The notes below the pieces were generated by a model that saw nothing but the letters and a program-made list of their open reading frames with translations, was not told the origin of the DNA and searched no databases. Of a stretch of DNA of 64,000 nt, positions 18,598 through 27,387 are shown piece after piece. The stretch is taken from positions 93,830 through 157,829 of the forward strand of contig CAVYZN010000027.1 of NCBI GenBank assembly GCA_963773065.1, written 5' to 3'. Numbering within the stretch: position 1 is the stretch's first letter; every line of letters starts with the position of its first letter. A program made the translations under genes and the position numbers. This DNA is from an uncultured Gammaproteobacteria bacterium (GTDB lineage Bacteria; Pseudomonadota; Gammaproteobacteria; UBA9214).

Positions 18598-21132
18598 TTG
18601 TATTCTCTCCTAGAAGGGCCATTACAAGAACAGGATGAAACGATGTCGGCTACATATCACTTGCAACTCGCAAACCTAAAACACGGAATTTTTCGCATAC
18701 GCCGGTATGCAGGGGGTGCGATCGTGCAGCGCGTGATCACCGGATTGCTGCTTATCCTTCTGATGCTGACGGGCGAGTCCCAGGCACAGACCTGCAGCAG
18801 CAGTATTCCGCCAACGACGCCCACTAGCCGCTTCACCGATAACGGTGACGGTACGGTGACGGATAGCGCGACCGGACTGATGTGGAAACAGTGCTCGGAA
18901 GGCCAGACAACGGCCGGTGCGGGCGGTTGCAGCGGCACGGCGTCGGCATTTACCTGGCAGCAAGCCTTGCAGCGGGCGCAACAGGTCAACGCGGGCGCGG
19001 CGGGCCAGCCGTTGGGTTATGCGGACTGGCGGGTGCCCAATATCAAGGAACTGATTTCCCTGGTGGAACGAGCCTGCACTTCCCCTGCCATTAACATAGG
19101 CCTGTTTCCACCCGTCCCCACATCGGAAGCGTTCGGGTTCTGGTCGGCTTCTCCCCAAGCCGACTTTCTCGGCGCCGCGTGGGTCATGTTCATCGGTCTT
19201 GGCGAATCCGGCTACGACAATGAATCCGTTGGCAATTACGTTCGTCTCGTGCGCGGCGGACAGTCTTTTTCGCCCCCGATAACTTCTCACTTCCGGCTGC
19301 CAACAAATCTAACTGATCAGACCGTTAATGTTTCATTTCCTATCACGATTGAAGCTCTGCTTTCTAACGGACAAAGAGATACAAGTTTTAATGGTAAGGT
19401 CACGCTATCAACCAACTACTCATCCCATAAAGTTTTACCTAGTTCAATTGAACTTATAAACGGTGTTGCGACGGTAGACGTTATAATTGACAGCGCTGGA
19501 ACTGGTGCGAAGGTAATCGCGATGTATGGGTCGTTAAGCGGTAGTAGCAATGCATTTGATGTCGTGAATTCGGCGGCGGTACCTACGACCCTTTTTATTC
19601 AGTTGGTTGACCAAGCTGGGCAGCCGTTCATCAGCAATTCATTTTTAGATCTTAGTGATTCCGCCAACAATTTTGAACATTATGAAAATTGGCCAAATAA
19701 TCCCGGTAATGGAAGTTACGTTTACAAAAATTTAGATGCTGACCATTATACATTTCAGGCGATTTCGGGCGTAACTGGATTCGCTAGCGAGAAAATAACC
19801 ATTGAAATAGCCACTGGCACGAGCCCACAAACACAAGTCGAAACAGTGAGGATGCGGGGTACAAGCAAGCCGCCGGTATTGCTGGTGCCGGGAATCATGG
19901 GTAGCACCATCGAAGGTATCGGACGATACAGTAACATGAATACCTACCCAGTTCTAAGTAAGAACCCTCCAACACCAGCAAATGAGTTAAAGATTTTCAA
20001 TAATTTTTTATGGTTGGCAGACGGTGGTTTTGATGATATCGCAACCGAACTAGAGACCGACTATACCGTCTACGATGTACCCTGGGATTGGCGCGTCAGT
20101 CTTACCTGTCCCGAATTTACCTCCTGCCCGAATGCATGGAGGTTGTATCTAATGAAGGCGATTGATGATGCCAAGAAGGATCCGGAACATGACGGAATCA
20201 TCAAATTCCAGAAAGTAGATATTGTGGCCCATAGCATGGGGGGGCTGCTTGTGCGGGCCTATATACAGAGTCCTGATTATAGAAATGATATCGATAAATT
20301 TGCCATGGTAGGCACACCTAACGAGGGCTCAGCAAAGGCTTATTATATGGCGGAAGGTGGTGACCCAGCTCGCGCAGATAGGATAGACGGCTGCACATTC
20401 CCAACTGATAAGCTAGGAATGAGTTGCTTTTACGCCAGGTCAACGGATGCGCTCTATAAGGCAATGAATTACGGGCAAACACCGTTTGCTCAATATGAAA
20501 ACTTTCTTACCGTACCCCCATATTATGTTATTACCACTAACTATGCAGTGGTGCCAGATCCGTCAAAACTGGTTCAGTTCTATGCCGAGAACGTGCCAAC
20601 AGCACGCCAGCTACAAGCCACCTACAGTGTTTTAAAAACAAACAGCGGGACACCCCAAAAATTATTGGCAGAGCCTAACAAATTTCTGGAAGCGTTAAAT
20701 TCTCAAAATTTGACTGATTACTATATTAATGAGTCTGATCCTAACCCGGACTCAAGAGTCAGGACAAAAATATTTATGTCAAATAATAATCTGACCTTGG
20801 AAATAATCAACGTTGCAGATCCTTTAATGTCATATCCAGAACAATATCATCCATACAAAGATGGCGTCCCAAGTGGTGAGGCCATAATGGATTACTTTGG
20901 AGATGGCACTGTGCTGGCGTGCTCTGCAGGCTTGCTTGGTGAACCAAGCTGCACGACCCGCTTGCTGTTTGGTGATATTCAATTGAATTGGGCTACGCTC
21001 CATATTGACTTCTTAAAGGGAAATGACAGTGAACACCTAGCGCTCATGAAGGCATTTAGTAAAGAGATTCATGAGTTCTTGAATCGGGGAGGTAGCAATG
21101 AAAATGAGTTCGCATTTTCCTGTCCGCCCTGA
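18598..21132 (+). CDS. DUF1566 domain fused to Ig-like domains and a PGAP1/LCAT-like alpha/beta hydrolase (true start probably downstream)
   Basis: DNGDGTVTD..TGLMWKQC, DWRVPNIKEL, RLVRGG; then PVLLVPGIMGS, IVAHSMGG, GTPNEGS, GDGTV, EH. Confidence 0.85.
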   Translation: MYSLLEGPLQEQDETMSATYHLQLANLKHGIFRIRRYAGGAIVQRVITGLLLILLMLTGESQAQTCSSSIPPTTPTSRFTDNGDGTVTDSATGLMWKQCSEGQTTAGAGGCSGTASAFTWQQALQRAQQVNAGAAGQPLGYADWRVPNIKELISLVERACTSPAINIGLFPPVPTSEAFGFWSASPQADFLGAAWVMFIGLGESGYDNESVGNYVRLVRGGQSFSPPITSHFRLPTNLTDQTVNVSFPITIEALLSNGQRDTSFNGKVTLSTNYSSHKVLPSSIELINGVATVDVIIDSAGTGAKVIAMYGSLSGSSNAFDVVNSAAVPTTLFIQLVDQAGQPFISNSFLDLSDSANNFEHYENWPNNPGNGSYVYKNLDADHYTFQAISGVTGFASEKITIEIATGTSPQTQVETVRMRGTSKPPVLLVPGIMGSTIEGIGRYSNMNTYPVLSKNPPTPANELKIFNNFLWLADGGFDDIATELETDYTVYDVPWDWRVSLTCPEFTSCPNAWRLYLMKAIDDAKKDPEHDGIIKFQKVDIVAHSMGGLLVRAYIQSPDYRNDIDKFAMVGTPNEGSAKAYYMAEGGDPARADRIDGCTFPTDKLGMSCFYARSTDALYKAMNYGQTPFAQYENFLTVPPYYVITTNYAVVPDPSKLVQFYAENVPTARQLQATYSVLKTNSGTPQKLLAEPNKFLEALNSQNLTDYYINESDPNPDSRVRTKIFMSNNNLTLEIINVADPLMSYPEQYHPYKDGVPSGEAIMDYFGDGTVLACSAGLLGEPSCTTRLLFGDIQLNWATLHIDFLKGNDSEHLALMKAFSKEIHEFLNRGGSNENEFAFSCPP

Positions 21133-22405
21133 TTGTCGTTTTTTAGGCAGAGTAGTCTGTGTTTTTTTCATACTAAGCCCATTAATTTCAAATGCCGCTC
21201 CATCACTATCGCTCTTCATACAAGGCAGAACACAGCCTTACTTAAGTCTCGTAAATGGAGGATCAATTGGCGTTAATCCGGTCACTAAGACACTGGAAAA
21301 TTCGTTAGTAAATTCGGATATTGAGATTAAGGCTGACTTATCGAATATTCAGATGGTCAATCCTGCAGCGGGCACTTATAACGTAACATTGGCTGGAACC
21401 TCCGAAGACATAATCACTATATATGCCGCATATTCTGATGATATTAAAGGTGCCCACGAAGAACAGACTGCAATGGTCTTGCAGCATGGTAATCCCTTGT
21501 ACTTCTCCGTTGTATATGATCCTCTGCAACAGCCTGCGCTACAGCTTATTTCGCCAGTAGCTCCACCTGCTTCGCCGAAAGCTGCTAATGTTGGTGGAAC
21601 TGTTCAGCTTAGATGGCTTAGCCCATCCGACCCTACCATTACTGCGTATCGTGTTTATGGACGTCTCGAAGAAATTCCCAAGTTTTCTTTATTGGGTGAG
21701 ACTCAGTCACTCTCCTTTGATACAGGCCATGTAGCGAGGAGTGGCGATGAAGGACAGCATTGGCAATATGTTGTAGTTGGAAAAAATGCGGCGAATAGGG
21801 AAAGTTTCTACTACATGCCAGTCAATAATCTCGTGCAAATGCTAGCGGTTTTTAGTGCCGCTCCAACCGAGGGTACTGTGCCTTTAAGTGTCTCATTCGA
21901 AGACTATTCTCAAGGCAGTCCGACTGCATGGGAATGGGACTTTGATGGTGATGAAATTGTAGACAGTACGGAACAGAACCCAACGCATACCTATACTCAA
22001 ACAGGGAACTATGACGTCACGCTAAAAGTAACCGGTTCCTTAGGTATCTCTACCCGCTCAGAACAGGGTTACATCACGATATTTGCGGATACTGTGGATA
22101 CCGATGGGGATGGCGTTTTCGATGGAAGCGACAACTGCAGTCTGAAGGCCAATCCGACGCAGCTCGACAGCGACCACGATGGCTTCGGCAACCAGTGTGA
22201 CTGTGATTTCAACCAGGACAATTTCTGCGGCGGCCCGGACTTCACGCTATTTATCGGCTGTTTCAATAAACCAACGGGCGGTAATCCGGTCTGCGAGGCA
22301 GCGGACATGAACGGCGACGGTTTTGTCGGGGGGCCGGACTTCACCCTGTTTGTTGGCGGGTTCAATAAACCGCCGGGGCCATCCGGGCTGGCTGTGAAGA
22401 ATTGA
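21098..22405 (+). CDS. Secreted FN3 + PKD + TSP3 + dockerin-like protein
   Basis: Signal peptide; VQLRW..P...YRVY FN3; PTAWEWDFDGD...QNPTHTY PKD; DTDGDG..DNC TSP3; C-terminal twin DxNxD..GGPDF repeats. Confidence 0.8.
   Translation: MKMSSHFPVRPDCRFLGRVVCVFFILSPLISNAAPSLSLFIQGRTQPYLSLVNGGSIGVNPVTKTLENSLVNSDIEIKADLSNIQMVNPAAGTYNVTLAGTSEDIITIYAAYSDDIKGAHEEQTAMVLQHGNPLYFSVVYDPLQQPALQLISPVAPPASPKAANVGGTVQLRWLSPSDPTITAYRVYGRLEEIPKFSLLGETQSLSFDTGHVARSGDEGQHWQYVVVGKNAANRESFYYMPVNNLVQMLAVFSAAPTEGTVPLSVSFEDYSQGSPTAWEWDFDGDEIVDSTEQNPTHTYTQTGNYDVTLKVTGSLGISTRSEQGYITIFADTVDTDGDGVFDGSDNCSLKANPTQLDSDHDGFGNQCDCDFNQDNFCGGPDFTLFIGCFNKPTGGNPVCEAADMNGDGFVGGPDFTLFVGGFNKPPGPSGLAVKN
22196..22405 (+). repeat. Dockerin-like module, copy 1 of 4 (others 24362-24559, 29113-29310, 32500-32697)
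   Basis: Near-identical DNA encoding CDCDFNQDNFCGGPDFTLFIGCFNKPTGG(N/D)PVCEAADMNGDGFVGGPD(F/Y)TLFVGGFN(K/G)PPGPSGL. Confidence 0.9.
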
Positions 22406-22488
22406 AAAACTTGTCCGATGCGAGTCGGATTTAGGGGGCATTAAAAGCGGCCAGCATTTCTCACCGGGCGGCGACAGAACGACATTAA

Positions 22489-22599
22489 GGAAGGTCTGAT
22501 TAAACCTGTCATTCCCGCGCAAGCGGGAATCTAGTCCATCCAAGATCAGTGGGTTACTGGATCCCCGCTTTCGCGGGGATGACCTGTTCAGAGTTGCTT
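22489..22599. mobile_element. MITE-like element with internal GTCATTCCCGCG..AGCGGGAATC palindromes
   Basis: Ends GGAAGGTCTGA...TCAGAGTTGCTT flanked by TAA; inverted relative at about 54583-54692 and half copy at 14549. Confidence 0.6.
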
Positions 22600-22615
22600 T
22601 AAGGGAGGAGCGTTT

Positions 22616-24559
22616 ATGGTCAGGCCACCCGAGTCAGGCGTCATCCCCGTCGTATATCCGTTAGGTTTTCCCAAAGCAAGTTTTTGCTCGTTGTCTTCAG
22701 CGTTACTCGCACTTGTGGTTGGCATTGCGAGCATATCGTGGACTGAGGTAACGGCAAATGAACAAACCCAAAAAACCACGAATCAAGCCGCGGATACAGT
22801 CGGCGGTCAGGGCGCGACATCGCTAAGACCGCGCTGGACACCGGCGAAACCCGCAAAGACCCTCCTCAAACCATGGCAGGAACGAAACCGCGTCATTGTT
22901 AAGTTTGTCGAGGGCAGCGACATTAGATTGCGGCAAGAGAGCTTAGTAAGCCTCAAGGGTCGTGATATCGGACGAGTCCGTGACGTGCTGGCCCGATATC
23001 GTATCGGCGCAAAGGAGCTTCGACGGTATTTCACCCGGTCTGAAGCATTGCTTAGCCAAGAGAAGCGCAGCGGCGAAGCGCGCAGCGGTCGTCAACTTGC
23101 CGATTTGAACTTGTATTTTGAACTTTCAGTCGCAGCGGACATCGACGTTGGCGCGTTATGCGACGACTTGAATGCCCTGGATATTGTTGAACTCGCCGAA
23201 CCGGCGCCAAGGCCGGCACCGCCGCCCGTGGACCTAGCCCCGCCGACTCCAGACTTTTCCTTCCTACAGAGTTATCGAGACGCACCACCCGGCATTGGTG
23301 TTAGCAATCTCAACATCAACGGCATAGACGGCAACGGCATTGCTTTTGTTGATATTGAATATAGCTGGCTGTTGAATCACGAAGATCTTGAATTGCCAAG
23401 TACGGCGAATATAGATACCGCAACAGCATCTGATCCCTTTTCGGACAGTAATCATGGTACCGCAGTGCTTGGCGAAATTGTCGGCGGTGATAACGGTTAC
23501 GGAGTCGTAGGAATAGCGCCGGCGGCGTCGGCTTTTGTTGCACCGGCGAGTACCCTGGAGTATGGCTACAATGTGGGACGGGCCGTCAATTTGGCTGCGA
23601 CGTCTCTGAACTCTGGTGACGTGATACTAATCGAACAACAAGCGGCTGTATGTGGAGGGGTTTGTGATCAAACGCAGGTCGGTTGTGGCCCAGTAGAGTG
23701 GAATCAATCTTTGTATGATGCGATCGCTAATGCAACTGCTAATGGTATTGTTGTCGTCGAAGCGGCCGGTAACGGTAACGTGAACCTCGACGACTCCGCC
23801 TGCCTTTCACAATTTGATCCAGCGGTGCGCGACTCCGGAGCGATCATCGTCGGCGCGGGTTTCCCTGCTACACATGAAAAATTAAGCTTTTCAACTTACG
23901 GTAACCGCGTAGATGTCCAAGGGTGGGGGGAATTTGTGACCACTACCGGCTACGGCGACAAGTTCGATCCTGGTGATGCTCGCCAACGCTACACGACTAA
24001 TTTTTCTGGAACATCGAGCGCGTCGCCCATGGTTACCGGTGCAGTCCTGGCCATTCAAGGAGTACGTAAAGCGGCTGGATTAACCCTGCTATCCCCGGAC
24101 CAACTGCGCCAGTTACTCGTTGATACCGGTACCCCTCAAGCCGGCAGCACACACATCGGCCCGTTACCGAATGTCAGCGCTGCGCTGGAACACGACAGCG
24201 ATGGAGATGGTGCCGTAGATGTACTCGACAACTGTCCCGCGATCGCCAATGCGGGCCAGGGAGATACCGATGGGGACGGTGTGGGTGATGCTTGCGATAA
24301 CTGCCTGGCAGTGGCCAATGCGGATCAGCGCGATACCGATGGCGACGGTTACGGCAACCGTTGCGACTGTGATTTCAACCAGGACAATTTCTGCGGTGGT
24401 CCGGACTTCACCCTGTTCATTGGCTGTTTCAATAAACCAACGGGCGGTAATCCGGTCTGCGAGGCAGCGGACATGAATGGCGACGGTTTTGTCGGTGGAC
24501 CCGATTTCACCCTGTTCGTTGGCGGGTTCAATGGCCCGCCAGGGCCATCCGGGCTGTGA
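22616..24559 (+). CDS. Secreted S8 subtilase + TSP3 + dockerin-like module (copy 1)
   Basis: Propeptide; catalytic D (DIE), HGTAV, AAGN, GTSSASP; C-terminal module. Confidence 0.9.
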   Translation: MVRPPESGVIPVVYPLGFPKASFCSLSSALLALVVGIASISWTEVTANEQTQKTTNQAADTVGGQGATSLRPRWTPAKPAKTLLKPWQERNRVIVKFVEGSDIRLRQESLVSLKGRDIGRVRDVLARYRIGAKELRRYFTRSEALLSQEKRSGEARSGRQLADLNLYFELSVAADIDVGALCDDLNALDIVELAEPAPRPAPPPVDLAPPTPDFSFLQSYRDAPPGIGVSNLNINGIDGNGIAFVDIEYSWLLNHEDLELPSTANIDTATASDPFSDSNHGTAVLGEIVGGDNGYGVVGIAPAASAFVAPASTLEYGYNVGRAVNLAATSLNSGDVILIEQQAAVCGGVCDQTQVGCGPVEWNQSLYDAIANATANGIVVVEAAGNGNVNLDDSACLSQFDPAVRDSGAIIVGAGFPATHEKLSFSTYGNRVDVQGWGEFVTTTGYGDKFDPGDARQRYTTNFSGTSSASPMVTGAVLAIQGVRKAAGLTLLSPDQLRQLLVDTGTPQAGSTHIGPLPNVSAALEHDSDGDGAVDVLDNCPAIANAGQGDTDGDGVGDACDNCLAVANADQRDTDGDGYGNRCDCDFNQDNFCGGPDFTLFIGCFNKPTGGNPVCEAADMNGDGFVGGPDFTLFVGGFNGPPGPSGL

Positions 24560-24807
24560 AAAATTGAATATAGGTCCGAAGCAAGCATGATTTAAGGGGC
24601 ATCAAAAGCAGCGGATTACGTAATTTCCTTTTTATAGACAGTGAGTAACAGCCCTCAATTCAATAACGGCAGTTCAATGATTCCGGCGGAGTCATGAACT
24701 TGACGAGATAATTTGTAAACTGTATTGTTGCGAAAATTAATAATAACGATAGTTGCAGTTCTTGAATTACGGAGATCCTACTAACCGAAGTAAGAGGATC
24801 TTCAATA

Positions 24808-25446
24808 ATGAACAAGTTCACTTGGTTTATCTTACGCCTTGTTGGTGGTGTCTGTGGGTGCATGTTCGCAGTTACCCAATCCCAGGCTGTAACCATTGGT
24901 CTCACACTCGGGAGCGACACGGATCCACTCACGGTAACTAACGGCGATACGATCACCTTCACGGTGGGAATGACTCCCGTGGAGGCGATTACCGGCTATA
25001 CGCTGGATATCCGCTATGATTCCACGGAGCTGGATTTTCAGACAGCCGCCCAGTTGGTACCTTTCTTCGGCGGTGCCTTTGTTCCACCTTTTAACCTAGA
25101 CCCGGCATCGACGGCGGGCGATTCGGGCAGCACCGGTTTGGCAACTTCAGACAGCGGTCGGGCTTCCGTCTTGCAGGTGAGTGATTCGCAGCCTGTAGGG
25201 GATCTTTTCAGTCTGACGTTTACCGTGTTAACGCCTGTATCCGATGGTCTGGCAGATCTGACGGTCGGGCTGCTCAATTCCGGTGCGGATGATATCAACC
25301 CTGCAGTCGGGGGTGCCGCGTTCACCATCGATCCAGACACGGTCAGTGCATCGATCGGGGCCGTTCCTGTTCCTGCCGCCATCTGGCTTTTCGGTTCCGG
25401 TCTGATGGGGATGATTGGACTAGCCAGAAGCAAAAAAGCGGCTTAA
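24808..25446 (+). CDS. Cohesin-like domain protein with VPxPA-CTERM sorting signal (copy 1)
   Basis: Signal peptide; GDTITFTV...GYTLDIRYDSTELDF...GDLFSLTFTV cohesin pattern; VPVPAAIWLFGSGL-TM-RSKK tail. Confidence 0.72.
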   Translation: MNKFTWFILRLVGGVCGCMFAVTQSQAVTIGLTLGSDTDPLTVTNGDTITFTVGMTPVEAITGYTLDIRYDSTELDFQTAAQLVPFFGGAFVPPFNLDPASTAGDSGSTGLATSDSGRASVLQVSDSQPVGDLFSLTFTVLTPVSDGLADLTVGLLNSGADDINPAVGGAAFTIDPDTVSASIGAVPVPAAIWLFGSGLMGMIGLARSKKAA

Positions 25447-25549
25447 CAGCTTCAGACGTGATGACGTGATTGCGGCGGCCTGTCGGTCGCCGTATTCGTT
25501 TGGTGGTTGGTGGTGTTGCCCTGAGTTTGGCCGACCCTGTCACATTACC

Positions 25550-25873
25550 TCACAGCACCGCATCCAGTCCCTTGCGATCGATCAGATTGAGCAGCTTCAA
25601 GGACGGGCCGCTCGGCTTCTTGTCGCCTATCTCCCACTTCCGCACGGTCGACAGACTCGTGTTGAGCACGGCTGCCAGAACGGCCTGGCTTAGATGGAGG
25701 TTTTTCCGTAGCGCGCGGATCTTCGCGGCGTTGTATTCGGGAATGGGTTCCATGCACAGCGCGCCGTACTTCTGCATCTTGCGCTTGTCGATGAATCCGA
25801 GACGATGCAAGTCACTCGCCATCTCGTGGACGGCTTCGAGGATTCGGCTCTTGGCCTTACGTTTGGTGGTCAT
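25550..25873 (-). CDS. HigA-like Xre HTH antitoxin
   Basis: SRILEAVHE...IRALRKNLHLSQAVLAAVLNTSLSTVRKWEIGDKKPSGPSLKLL. Confidence 0.85.
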   Translation of the reverse strand: MTTKRKAKSRILEAVHEMASDLHRLGFIDKRKMQKYGALCMEPIPEYNAAKIRALRKNLHLSQAVLAAVLNTSLSTVRKWEIGDKKPSGPSLKLLNLIDRKGLDAVL

Positions 25874-25924
25874 GGCAAATCTCCTGCAGCGAATCGTCTT
25901 CGAGCGCCTCACTCAACTGCCGAG
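25860..25924 (-). pseudogene. 3' remnant of the cognate RelE/HigB-like toxin
   Basis: Minus frame ARQLSEALEDDSLQEICHD overlaps the HTH start and is cut at 25925. Confidence 0.4.
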
Positions 25925-26031
25925 CAGTGGACTTTACGGATAAGGGCTCTTATTCTTCTATACATACTGCGGTTTGTTAGTAGATACCGAAGACACATTG
26001 AGCCAGGCGAACCGTTAACGAGGACCACACC

Positions 26032-26280
26032 ATGACGACGTTGCAAGTCAAACTGGAGTTACCTGATCCCCTTGCCAAAGAGGCGGCGACCATGGGTTTG
26101 CTGGAACCACAGGCTTTACAAACACTGTTGCGCGAGGCGGTGCGTAATCGCCACATCGCACGGCTCGCGGAAGCGCGTCGCAAGATCGCTGAGGCGGGCA
26201 TTCCGCCTATGACGATGGAAGAGATTCAAGCCGAGATCGAGGCTGTCCGCGCCGGGCGCCGCACAAAAAATACTGACTGA
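26032..26280 (+). CDS. Putative antitoxin
   Basis: VKLELPDPLAKEA...MTMEEIQAEI; coupled to the PIN gene. Confidence 0.7.
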   Translation: MTTLQVKLELPDPLAKEAATMGLLEPQALQTLLREAVRNRHIARLAEARRKIAEAGIPPMTMEEIQAEIEAVRAGRRTKNTD

Positions 26281-26699
26281 TGCGGCTGGTACTCGATACG
26301 AACATCGTCGCCTCGGGTCTCCTGTGGAACGGTGTGCCGGCACAATTGGTCGATGCGGCGCGGGCGGATGAAATAGAGATATTCACCAGTCGCATGTTGC
26401 TTGCCGAACTCACGCGCGTTTTGTGCCGCGCCAAGTTCGCCAAGGTAATCGCCGTGAGCGGTTTGTCGCTCGATGAGTTGATGCTTAGCTACGCCGAACT
26501 CGCTACCCTCGTTACACCCGAACCAATTCCCGCAACCGTCCTCAACGATCCCGATGACGATCACGTACTCGCCTGCGCGCTCGCAGCCAAGGCCGACCTC
26601 ATCGTCTCCGGAGATCGACATCTGCTTACGCTAAAAAGTTTTCAGCAGATTCCGATCGTGACGGCGGCGGAAGCCGTGCGGATCACCAGCGGACGATAA
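26280..26699 (+). CDS. PIN-domain (VapC-like) toxin
   Basis: RLVLDTNI...DPDDDHVLACA...IVSGDRHLL. Confidence 0.88.
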   Translation: MRLVLDTNIVASGLLWNGVPAQLVDAARADEIEIFTSRMLLAELTRVLCRAKFAKVIAVSGLSLDELMLSYAELATLVTPEPIPATVLNDPDDDHVLACALAAKADLIVSGDRHLLTLKSFQQIPIVTAAEAVRITSGR

Positions 26700-26825
26700 C
26701 CGTTTCTGGTCCCCCGGGTTACGTGAACTGTTCCGCCAGCGATGACTATCTCTTCGCCATGGCCCAGGCGCGCGAGGTGCTGGTAGGCAGCGCGGTGGCA
26801 GATTCATATCGACGAGCAGTTTCAT
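26700..26825 (-). pseudogene. Truncated DUF5615-type PIN toxin
   Basis: MKLLVDMNLPPR start coupled to DUF433, then degenerate. Confidence 0.5.
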
Positions 26826-27052
26826 GCATTGGCCAGCATGACCTCGCGTTCCTCGGCGCGCCATGCCGCGTAGCGAAGCGCTTGCATGATGTCCTCGCGT
26901 TCGAGGTAGGGATAGTCGGTGAGGATTTCATCGACGCTGCGTCCCGCTCCGATCTGGCCGACGATCATGCCAACCGTGAGGCGCATGCCACGGATGCACG
27001 CCTTGCCGCCCATCACGTCAGGCTGCTGGGTGATGCGATCCAATCGTCCCAT
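26822..27052 (-). CDS. DUF433 antitoxin
   Basis: RITQQPDVMGGKACIRGMRLTV...EILTDYPYLEREDI. Confidence 0.88.
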   Translation of the reverse strand: MGRLDRITQQPDVMGGKACIRGMRLTVGMIVGQIGAGRSVDEILTDYPYLEREDIMQALRYAAWRAEEREVMLANA

Positions 27053-27387
27053 GCTCCGCTCCTTATCGAAACTCATTGCCTTGCTATCGGATTGATATAG
27101 GGGTTCAAGTTACCTATAAGCAAACAGGAACGATCATCCCTGTGCAAGAAGAATCATTGGCATACGTATAAATACGTAGAGAAAAATTTCCTTGCTCAAA
27201 CGGAGATTCTGTGGCTAATACCTAAGATAACAGCAGTGCCATTGTTACGATAAAGGTATGATGAGTTCAGCGATTCTAGTTTCATCTTACTGTTGCTCGA
27301 CGTTGATTCTTTGCCGTAGTCGGCGATGCAGCTCCTAAATGCCAGGCCAGGAACAAGGTCACAGAGAAATAACAGGGAGGAGCGTTT

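Larger units (their letters stand above)
22602..25539 (+). repeat. ~2.9 kb duplication, copy 1 (copy 2 at 27374-30283)
   Basis: S8 protease, intergenic region and cohesin-like gene repeated at high identity from the AGGGAGGAG RBS to beyond the cohesin stop. Confidence 0.92.
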
